Source: an uncultured Desulfobacterales bacterium (GTDB taxonomy: Bacteria; Desulfobacterota; Desulfobacteria; Desulfobacterales; JBDRRP01). From it: DNA of 64,000 nt. Below are positions 1 through 7,879 of the stretch, piece after piece. The DNA is taken from contig CAYUOU010000013.1 in the NCBI GenBank assembly GCA_964446485.1, positions 1,183-65,182 of the forward strand, written 5' to 3'. The first letter of the stretch is position 1; each line of letters opens with the position of its first letter. A program made the position numbers and the translations under genes. The notes below the pieces were generated by a model. That model worked only from the letters and a program-made list of their open reading frames with translations, was not told the origin of the DNA and ran no database searches.

Positions 1-895
1 GTTGAGGCAAAAAATTGTAGTGCGTCCCCTTTCGGCCCAATGCCATCTCAAGAAGTGCCAGTGCGGCTTTTTTAGCGGCCGGGTCCGCAAACTCATCCCG
101 AAGCAGCCGATAGGCCTGGACGGTGTAGTAGACGTAATGTGGGCTCTTTTTTCGACCTTCGATCTTCCAGGTGGTGACTTTGGGGACTTCCTTGAGTACT
201 TTGACCAGGGTATCCAGACTGAGGTCCTGACAAGAAAATGAGCGTTGCCGCTCGCTTCCCTGTTGGTAAACCCGGCGGCAAGGCTGCACGCAGCGCCCCC
301 TGAGCCCGCTTTTCCCTCCCATATAGCTGCTCCAGTAGCACCTGCCGGAGACGGCATAGCAAAGCGCGCCGTGAATAAAAACTTCCAGGTCGATATTTGA
401 CGGGCATGCGTCCGCCAGCACCTTTATCTCGTCGATGGATAGCTCCCGAGGAAGAACTATTCTTCGAACATTTGAAAAAGCAGCAAGACAATCTAGCGCT
501 TTCGGGAAAGTAATGTTGGCAAGGGTGGAAAGATGGATTTCGCCGGTGTAACCAACATCTCCGGCGATAGAGATTGTTGCCAGATCTTGGACAATCAGTG
601 CATCAGGCTGTCGGTCCCCTTTCAGGGAAGACAGTAATGAGCGAACCTTTACGATTTCTTCCACTTTGATGAGGCTGTTGAGGGTCAAATAGACTTCAAC
701 TTCTTTTTGATGGGCCAGATGGATCAGCGGTTTAAGTTCCGCTGGATGAAAGTTTTTGGCTTCCATGCGAGCAGAGAACGATTTCAAACCACAGTATATG
801 GCGTCAGCACCCGCTGCAATGGCGGCTAAAAAAGACTCCTGGTTTCCAGCAGGTGCCAGTATTTGAGGGATTCCCATGCTCGATGTTTTTCTCAT
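1..895 (-). CDS. Peptidase U32 family protein (collagenase-like / U32 Fe-S enzyme family); 5' part only, gene runs off the left edge
   Basis: Not in the supplied ORF track (no stop inside the window). Own translation of the minus strand from ATG 895-893 stays open to position 1: MRKTSSMGIPQILAPAGNQESFLAAIAAGADAIYCGLKSFSARMEA...RIVLPRELSIDEI...FIHGALCYAVSGRCYWSSYMGGKSGLRGRCVQPCRRVY... It carries the U32 hallmark blocks (GADAIY, RELS, HGALC..SG.C, RG.C.QPCR). Its ATG overlaps the stop of the upstream gene (ATGA at 892-895). Confidence 0.85.
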   Translation of the reverse strand, partial: MRKTSSMGIPQILAPAGNQESFLAAIAAGADAIYCGLKSFSARMEAKNFHPAELKPLIHLAHQKEVEVYLTLNSLIKVEEIVKVRSLLSSLKGDRQPDALIVQDLATISIAGDVGYTGEIHLSTLANITFPKALDCLAAFSNVRRIVLPRELSIDEIKVLADACPSNIDLEVFIHGALCYAVSGRCYWSSYMGGKSGLRGRCVQPCRRVYQQGSERQRSFSCQDLSLDTLVKVLKEVPKVTTWKIEGRKKSPHYVYYTVQAYRLLRDEFADPAAKKAALALLEMALGRKGTHYNFLPQ

Positions 896-2253
896 ACAAT
901 TTGCTCGCCTTTGGCAAATTGTTGTTTCTCAAGTTCGGGTAGGATGGCGACAATCCCCGCATAGAACCAAAAGGGTTCCATGATTCTGACGATGATGAAT
1001 GTGTTTGCACCAATTGAATGAATGACCATCCCGACGAATCCCGCTAAAAAGCCATACGCAATCCCTTTTGAAAGCGGATTTTCAAGGCTTTTCATATTGT
1101 TATATGCCATGAGGCCGATCACACCCAGTAGGTGTAAAAATGCAAAAAAACCGACAATGCCGGTTTCAACAAGGACCCTGGGAAACTGGGCATCGATGAA
1201 CTTATACCCGGCAACGCCATAGCCCAAAATAGGTTTTCTGGTCCAGTCTACCAGTGCCTCTTTCCAACTAACGAGTCGTGCCGAGGTTGAAGTATCGATG
1301 CGGATTTCACCAACCTGCAATTGCCCGGGCTCATATGTTTGCATGACAGTGTAAAGCACGCGCTGCTTCACCGCTTGTGGCATAATAAATGGACTAAGAA
1401 TCATGATTGCAATCATACCAGAGATATAGATAAGTCTTTTCTCAGAAAACCATGCAAGGGTGAGGGTGGAAAAAAAAAGTGCCAAATATGATGAACGGGA
1501 TTGCGTAAAAAGCAGTGGCGGAAGAATAAAAACCAACAGGACGATCAACAATTTTTTTACTGTTTTATCTTGGCTGTAGGCAAAAATTCCAATCACAACC
1601 GATAACGTCAACACGAGGTAGCCGCCGAATGTGTTCGGCTCCCCCTCCTGCCCTTCAAAAGGGGCACTAACTCGACCTCCTCCAGGAATTTGAAGGATTC
1701 CGATGACGGACACGATGAACCCGGTTAAAAACAGAAAAAAAATCAGCCGCTTGATTTGCTTCTCATTGTCTACGTGGTTCACGATCACGAAAAACACAAT
1801 GAAATATTCGACGTATTTCAACGTAAAAAAGAAACCTGTTTTTGGGGATGAGCTTCCCAGCATAATACCAAAACCGGTGGAAATGACGCAGGCTATCACG
1901 TAAAGAAGAATCGGTATATTTAACTCGGTGCGACGAAATAATCCTATCTCTTTAAATACGGCATTTTTGGCAAACCAACTGGCGCCAATGATGACCAAGA
2001 GGAAATCTTCATACCTGAGCGTCACACCCCTGCCCAATGATGCACCGCCGGTCTGACCAGCCACGATTTCGGGGGAAAGCAACATAGCCAATATCAGAAT
2101 GTAAAGACCGATTTCTATATTGACAAATGAAACAAAGAAGATCGCAACACCGATAGCGGCGAGAATCAGCGTGGAAGGGTCGGTTTCAACGGTGACATAA
2201 CCCGCAAGGGGAACAAGGATCGCGAATAAAATGGCGAGAACAACGAATCTCAA
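892..2253 (-). CDS. O-antigen ligase/polymerase-like polytopic membrane protein (Wzy_C family)
   Basis: 453 aa and very hydrophobic, with about 10-12 predicted TM segments. It has the Wzy_C-type loop and motif (FTQSRSSYLALFFS, SAPFEGQEGEPNTFGGYL) and sits in a polysaccharide locus context. Confidence 0.75.
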   Translation of the reverse strand: MRFVVLAILFAILVPLAGYVTVETDPSTLILAAIGVAIFFVSFVNIEIGLYILILAMLLSPEIVAGQTGGASLGRGVTLRYEDFLLVIIGASWFAKNAVFKEIGLFRRTELNIPILLYVIACVISTGFGIMLGSSSPKTGFFFTLKYVEYFIVFFVIVNHVDNEKQIKRLIFFLFLTGFIVSVIGILQIPGGGRVSAPFEGQEGEPNTFGGYLVLTLSVVIGIFAYSQDKTVKKLLIVLLVFILPPLLFTQSRSSYLALFFSTLTLAWFSEKRLIYISGMIAIMILSPFIMPQAVKQRVLYTVMQTYEPGQLQVGEIRIDTSTSARLVSWKEALVDWTRKPILGYGVAGYKFIDAQFPRVLVETGIVGFFAFLHLLGVIGLMAYNNMKSLENPLSKGIAYGFLAGFVGMVIHSIGANTFIIVRIMEPFWFYAGIVAILPELEKQQFAKGEQIV

Positions 2254-2505
2254 TGCATTCTTCCAAGAGGTGACATCTCAAAGGCAATATTGAAACGAGG
2301 GTGTAGTATGTCTCAGAGAGATGCCGAAATAACAGCCAACCCCATCGTTGCATAAACAAAATGGCACGCAATTTCCAGCATACTGATATTCTAAGGAAAT
2401 CATAAGAAAAATCTTAGTCCTTTAAACGTAACCGCCTGTGAATTCATAGGATTAGGGATTTAACTGCCATTTTGTTAACCCTTCAGCTTTTGTATCGTTG
2501 GGGTA

Positions 2506-4650
2506 CTAGCCGGTTCTCTGCGCCTTACCGTAGTAATACTGCGTGTGGTATTTGAAATAATCCGGCCCTGCCTCCGGTTTGACGTTATTCAAAACGACAC
2601 CCGTGACATTGGCCTCGACGTTGTCCAATGACACTTTTGCCCGCTTCAAGATGCTCCTTCCAATCTTGCCAACCGTGTAGACCAAAAGCACACCATCAAC
2701 CAGTGAGCTGATTTCCGTGGCATCAGCCACCGGCAAAACGGGCGGGGAATCGATCAGCACAATGTCGTATTGCTCGCTGATTGTGCCTAAAAATTCCTTG
2801 AATCTTCCTGACCGTAAAATCTCGGCGGGGTTCGGGGGGGTCGTTCCCGAGGTGACTATGGTCAAGTTGTCAAGCCCCGGTGTGTGAAGGACGTCCTCCA
2901 CCTCGAAATCGCCCAACATGACATCGGCGATGTTTTTTCTGATGTCCTCCCAGGAATAGTTACCGAGAATGTAATCGGTGAGGCCCGGCAACCGGGGTAT
3001 TCCAAACATTTTGTGGATAACGGGTTTTCTGAGGTCGGCTTCGATGATCAGGACTTTATGCCCGGCCTGGCCCATACTTAAGGCCAGATTGACGACATTA
3101 AAAGTCTTACCTTCCTGCACAAATGAACTTGTCACAAGGAAAGTTTTAAATTTTTTATCCACCCGAACGAATTCAATATTTGATCTCAACGCCCGGAAGG
3201 CCTCGGCAGGCAGTGACTTTGGATCGTAATGCGCTACAAGATCCTGCTGCCGCCCCTTCAACGTTCGGGATTTTGTATGCTTACCCCTTTCATCCTTATT
3301 CATAAATGGGATTACACCCAATACCGGAACGCCGAGTAGAGATTCGACATCCTCAATTGTTCCAATAGAAGTATCAAACACCTCAACCCCAAATGCCAAA
3401 ACAACACCGATGATCAGCCCCATCACAAGCCCAGTGAGCACGATCATGGTTTTTGATGGGATGTTAAACGGCGCGGACGGCACCAACGCCGGTTTGACGA
3501 TGCTGACCTCCTGGACCTTTCCGGACTCATGAATCAAGGTCTCTTGATATCTGATCTGCAATTGGGAAAACAACTCTTCCTGAACAGTCACCTCTCGTTG
3601 AAGCCTGGCAAGCTGCAACGCCTTCTCAGGGAAAACCAAACTTTTCCCCCTCAACTCATTTTTTTGACTGGTCAGATCATTTTCCTTTGATATGAGTTCC
3701 CGTAAGTAGGAGGTTAACTCTTGATTCAACTCGCTAACTACCGCATTGATCTCTTGTCCGATCTCTTTCACTTTGGGGTGTTCAACCGTGAAATCAATGA
3801 GAAGCGTCTCTCTTTCGATAAGCAGTTCGCTCAGTTTTTTGTTCAAAGAGTAGATCGGTGAATAGATGTTGGGGTCGGCAAGGTACTGCTCTATAGCGGA
3901 CAGTTCCTGGAAGCCCTTTTGGCCGATGAAGCGAACTTGTTTTTCTATATTCCGCCTCAATTCCTGTGTTTCACTTAGTTTCTTTTCAATCTCGAACTGG
4001 TGGGACAGAGCTTGTTGAGTCTGAGTATCAATAGATACGAGGGACGAGGTCTCTTTGAAATTTTTGAGCGCCTCCTCCGCCGCCTTAAGGTTCAGGTGCG
4101 TTTTTTCTAACTGTTCCTCGATAAACGATTTGGTTTCATAAGTCTTACGATTCTTTTCTTTGATGTTGTATTCCTGGTAGGCCACAGAAAGCGTGTTGGC
4201 AATATCAGCTGCTTCTTCAGCGTCTGTTGAAGTCACAGAGATATTTATGATATTTGTGCCGGCTTCGTTCTCAGCCGTCACCATCGCCTTCATTCGCTGC
4301 AACTGCCTCATAGCGTTCGCTTCGCGCCGAACATCATCGAGTTCTATACTGCCTGAAACAACTCCGAGAATTTTGGCAGCCTCCAACAGTACGGGATAAC
4401 TGGTGATGATATAGGCATGCGTGATAAGGCTCTCGCTTTGCATAAAGAAGCTGCCGGTGAGTATGGCAGCCAGATTGGTCTCGCGGTCGATCTTAACGGC
4501 GGCGTTTGTCTCGTATAAGGGGATTGGCTCTTTAAATTTTGCGAACCCGAAACTAGCCACCCCCACTAAAATGACCATCAAAACGATGATCATTTTTCGT
4601 CTTTTTATAATTCTCCAATAATCTCTTAAATCGACATCATACTGAGGCAT
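2506..4650 (-). CDS. Polysaccharide co-polymerase with C-terminal BY-tyrosine kinase (Wzc/EpsG-like, PCP-2a)
   Basis: 714 aa. N-terminal Wzz/GumC-type start (DLRDYWRIIKRRKMIIVL) with TM1, then a long coiled-coil periplasmic region and TM2. The C-terminal P-loop kinase has VTSSFVQEGKTF and LIIEADLRKP. The tail is Tyr-rich (DYFKYHTQYYYGK). Confidence 0.85.
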   Translation of the reverse strand: MPQYDVDLRDYWRIIKRRKMIIVLMVILVGVASFGFAKFKEPIPLYETNAAVKIDRETNLAAILTGSFFMQSESLITHAYIITSYPVLLEAAKILGVVSGSIELDDVRREANAMRQLQRMKAMVTAENEAGTNIINISVTSTDAEEAADIANTLSVAYQEYNIKEKNRKTYETKSFIEEQLEKTHLNLKAAEEALKNFKETSSLVSIDTQTQQALSHQFEIEKKLSETQELRRNIEKQVRFIGQKGFQELSAIEQYLADPNIYSPIYSLNKKLSELLIERETLLIDFTVEHPKVKEIGQEINAVVSELNQELTSYLRELISKENDLTSQKNELRGKSLVFPEKALQLARLQREVTVQEELFSQLQIRYQETLIHESGKVQEVSIVKPALVPSAPFNIPSKTMIVLTGLVMGLIIGVVLAFGVEVFDTSIGTIEDVESLLGVPVLGVIPFMNKDERGKHTKSRTLKGRQQDLVAHYDPKSLPAEAFRALRSNIEFVRVDKKFKTFLVTSSFVQEGKTFNVVNLALSMGQAGHKVLIIEADLRKPVIHKMFGIPRLPGLTDYILGNYSWEDIRKNIADVMLGDFEVEDVLHTPGLDNLTIVTSGTTPPNPAEILRSGRFKEFLGTISEQYDIVLIDSPPVLPVADATEISSLVDGVLLVYTVGKIGRSILKRAKVSLDNVEANVTGVVLNNVKPEAGPDYFKYHTQYYYGKAQRTG

Positions 4651-4729
4651 AGGGCTGCTCTCTTGTTATATTTTTCATCCGTACCAAGCTGTTTGCGCGT
4701 GCTATCCAGGGTTGCGGATCAGCAACAAA

Positions 4730-6946
4730 TTATGGGTTTGTCACACCGCGGGAAAAATCGTTGAAGTAATCGATATCCCTGACGATTCTTCCAGGAACCA
4801 GAAGCAGTTCAACCAGTGGGCGTATCTGCTGAACAAAACGATTGGCCCCGCCCCATCCACTTCTGGGCACATAGATCAGATCGCCGTTCAGTAGCGCCAT
4901 ATTTTGAGTCTGGTCTCCCTCTTCAATCAAGTTTTTCAAATCGGCGATGAGAATTTGTGGATTGGCCGGGTCGCCTCTAACGACACGAGTTTCCCGCTCA
5001 TCCGCAAAAACGGTGACACCACCCGCCTGGGAGATGACGTCGAATACCCTTGCGGTGGATCCTTCGAATGGGTAGGCGCCGGGCTTGGCCACTTCGCCGA
5101 ACACATAAATACGGTTTTCGGCTTTCGTAAGGCGCGGGATATAGACAAGGTCGCCGTCGTCCAGCACGACGTTCTGGCTGACATCACCCTGGTTCATGGC
5201 CTTGAACAGATCAAGCGTCAGGGTCTGCCCGCTTTTTCGGGTGAGTTTTATTGCCGCCAAGTTAGCATCCCGCTCGAAACCGCCCACCTCCGAAATCGCC
5301 TCGAGGAGCGTCACCTTTCCCTTTAAGCGATACCGCCCTGCAGCGCCGGTATTATCTCGATTGATCGCACCGGTGATCGAGGCAAACTTGCTGTTGTATT
5401 CCTTGATAACGACTGAAGCCCGTGGATTTCTAAAATAGGTTTTCAGGCCTTCGACGATCTCTTGCTTTGCCTGACTGACGGATTTCCCACCAACGCTGAC
5501 ATCATCCAGAAACGATACGGTGATGGTTCCTGATGAACCGACCACGACGTCATCCTTTGCACTTTCCAACCCCTTCCAAATCGTCACCGTAAGTTCATCC
5601 CCCGGACCGATGCGATACTCCGGGGCACCATCGATGATTGTGAAAACACGATTCGTATCTGCTATGGTATCGGATTTAAGCATTACATCCGGCGCGCTTT
5701 GCTCCCCGGGTCGCGAAGGGCGGCGATTCTCAAAAAGCCCTTCGAGCCGCCACACTTTGATGCCTTCTCCAAAACTGGCGCAAAAAATTTCGGCTTTGGT
5801 ATTTCGATCAAAATCTGTCAGAATCATGTCATAATGAGAGCCAACGTCAGATAGGGGCTCCAACTCGTTGACCCATAAGTGAGTCACATCTTCAGACCAG
5901 ATCTGGACACCTTTTCCATCTGGGGAAGTTAAAATAAGTTCGTAGTTTCCACTGTTGTTGGTATCAAAGGGGAGCACCTGCCAGTAGCTGTCCACCGATT
6001 TTGCTTTGGTGGTTGTCGGTAGCTTGGCTTGGTGCGGACGCCGAATAAATAAGTTTTTTTCAGTAAACTTGCCCGTGCCATCACCGAGGAAGATGCGTGG
6101 CCCGCTCCGATGCGTCCCGAGCAGCATGTCAATATGATCATCGCGATCGTAGTCAGCCAGGGTAATGGTGTAAAAACTCCCCTTTCCGGCGATATACTGG
6201 TCTTTCCAGCCGCCCCGACCATCCCCCAGCCAGACGGCGAGCGTTCCCTCTAATCCCCATCCGGCGCCGGCGATATCGAGAAAACCGTCTCCATTGAAAT
6301 CAAAAACCACCGCATCGATATAGGGTCCAAAGTGGGTCGGCCCGGACTCAAAAGGCCAGTTTCCTTTGCCATCGCCAAACCACACCTGAATTCCGGACTG
6401 CACCCCACCGATGGTGCCGTTGGCGGCGATAATGTCCATATTGCCGTCAGCGTTGATGTCAGCGATTTCAATACCGTAGTAGGTACCAATCTCAATGGGG
6501 CTTTCAAGTCGATTCCAACTTCTCCCGTTGGTATTCTGCCATACCATGACGCCGGAGGATTCCCGTTGTGTGCTCAGCACGATGTCCTTGAACCCATCGT
6601 TGGTCACATCACCTAGTGCCACTGACCGAACATCGCCTTCGAAAGGAAGAAACACCGGACGCGAGACCGCACCGTCGCCCAAGCCGTACCATATGGCCAC
6701 AGATACCGGCGCCCGAGCGCCGCCGACGATATCCAGGACGCCGTCGTTGTCCAGATCGTCGATGGCCAGTGTCCGGTAATTACCGGAGGACGGTAAAGAA
6801 GCGAAGTTTCCGGGAGACACCTGTGCGGAAGCCGCCATGACCGGTGGCCGCTTCGCTTGGGGGAGCACCGGTTGACAAGCGGTCATCCCCGCCGCCAAAC
6901 ACATCAGTGCAGCAAACAGTGGGCTGAGTTCTGATTTCATTCTCAT
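4730..6946 (-). CDS. Outer-membrane polysaccharide export (OPX, Wza-like) lipoprotein with N-terminal FG-GAP/VCBS beta-propeller
   Basis: 738 aa. Signal peptide with a lipobox-like Cys (LAAGMTAC). Seven D.(D/N).DG..D-type FG-GAP blades (DLDNDGVLDIVGG, GDVTNDGFKDIVLS, ADINADGNMDIIAA, FDFNGDGFLDIAGA, ADYDRDDHIDMLLG, FDTNNSGNYELILT, TDFDRNTKAEIFCA). These are followed by the Poly_export signature YRIGPGDELTVTIW and two SLBB-like modules. Its ATG overlaps the stop of the upstream ATPase gene (ATGA at 6943-6946). Confidence 0.8.
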   Translation of the reverse strand: MRMKSELSPLFAALMCLAAGMTACQPVLPQAKRPPVMAASAQVSPGNFASLPSSGNYRTLAIDDLDNDGVLDIVGGARAPVSVAIWYGLGDGAVSRPVFLPFEGDVRSVALGDVTNDGFKDIVLSTQRESSGVMVWQNTNGRSWNRLESPIEIGTYYGIEIADINADGNMDIIAANGTIGGVQSGIQVWFGDGKGNWPFESGPTHFGPYIDAVVFDFNGDGFLDIAGAGWGLEGTLAVWLGDGRGGWKDQYIAGKGSFYTITLADYDRDDHIDMLLGTHRSGPRIFLGDGTGKFTEKNLFIRRPHQAKLPTTTKAKSVDSYWQVLPFDTNNSGNYELILTSPDGKGVQIWSEDVTHLWVNELEPLSDVGSHYDMILTDFDRNTKAEIFCASFGEGIKVWRLEGLFENRRPSRPGEQSAPDVMLKSDTIADTNRVFTIIDGAPEYRIGPGDELTVTIWKGLESAKDDVVVGSSGTITVSFLDDVSVGGKSVSQAKQEIVEGLKTYFRNPRASVVIKEYNSKFASITGAINRDNTGAAGRYRLKGKVTLLEAISEVGGFERDANLAAIKLTRKSGQTLTLDLFKAMNQGDVSQNVVLDDGDLVYIPRLTKAENRIYVFGEVAKPGAYPFEGSTARVFDVISQAGGVTVFADERETRVVRGDPANPQILIADLKNLIEEGDQTQNMALLNGDLIYVPRSGWGGANRFVQQIRPLVELLLVPGRIVRDIDYFNDFSRGVTNP

Positions 6947-7869
6947 CTGGATATATCCGATACGGCTAAATTAACGATGGACTTGCTGATGTTAACGGCC
7001 TTTCGCATCATCCCCAGCAGCAGGCTTCGCTCGCAAACGTTGTTGACGCGCAGTGGAATGCCTTTGCTGTATGCGTAAATGGGTGCAATCGCATCTTTCG
7101 TAAAAATACCTCGACTGGACCCGGCGTGCTTTAATCGGTAGAGGATATACCTCGTGGTATCCCGCTCATCCAGAGGCTTGAGATCGTACTGAATAGCGAT
7201 CCTTTCCTTCAACGGCGCCATAGAATTTAGATTGTCTGCAAGGGGCGGCTGCCCCATCATGATCAGCGTCAAAAGGAACCGGTTGTTGTGCTGCAGGTTC
7301 AACAGCATGCGCAGTTCCTCCAAAATCGGTGTTTCCTTCACCAGATGGGCTTCATCGATGACGAGGATCGTCTTGATGTCATGTGATGCGTTCTGGACTA
7401 ACCGTTCGTTCAATTGATCAAGCAAAACGGATTTGGTCGCGTCACGGGTGTTCTCTACCCCTAACTTTGAAAGCACCGCCCGCAAGAAATCTACCGGATC
7501 AAGTGCTGGGTTCACGATGGTCACGACCTCGTATCCATCGACATCCAAATAATCATACAGCACCCTGCTGATCGTGGTTTTACCTGCGCCAACCTCTCCG
7601 GTAAGCACCGCAAGCCCTTTGCGTTGCTCAACCGCATACACCAATCTCAACAGCGCTTCCTCGTGCTGGGACGATCTATAGAAGAACTCCTGCGAGGGTG
7701 CATTGTCGAACGGCTGTTGCTGTAGTCCCCAGTAGGCGGTGTACATGGTTGGCACTTTTTCCGCTATTTCCATTTCTGGAATATTTTTCTTGAAATCAAG
7801 AATAGCGTATAAAGGGGCGGCAAAATGACGGCTCCTAAAACTTTTCACATCTAAAAACCAGCGGAGCAT
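6943..7869 (-). CDS. ExeA/GspA-like AAA+ ATPase (secretion-associated ATPase of EPS/PEP-CTERM-type loci)
   Basis: Walker A LTGEVGAGKTTISR and Walker B LVIDEAH. The ExeA-type N-terminus (YWGLQQQPFDNAP) suggests the true start may be the internal Met at 7773 or 7746. The protein has no peptidoglycan-binding domain of its own. Confidence 0.75.
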   Translation of the reverse strand: MLRWFLDVKSFRSRHFAAPLYAILDFKKNIPEMEIAEKVPTMYTAYWGLQQQPFDNAPSQEFFYRSSQHEEALLRLVYAVEQRKGLAVLTGEVGAGKTTISRVLYDYLDVDGYEVVTIVNPALDPVDFLRAVLSKLGVENTRDATKSVLLDQLNERLVQNASHDIKTILVIDEAHLVKETPILEELRMLLNLQHNNRFLLTLIMMGQPPLADNLNSMAPLKERIAIQYDLKPLDERDTTRYILYRLKHAGSSRGIFTKDAIAPIYAYSKGIPLRVNNVCERSLLLGMMRKAVNISKSIVNLAVSDISR

Positions 7870-7879
7870 GGTTTTTAGA

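Noticed and set aside
2-491. Track ORFs 2..241 (+) and 93..491 (-)
   Set aside because: Both are out of frame with, or antisense to, the uninterrupted U32-family reading frame (895 to 1, minus strand). That frame has strong family motifs, and these ORFs have none.
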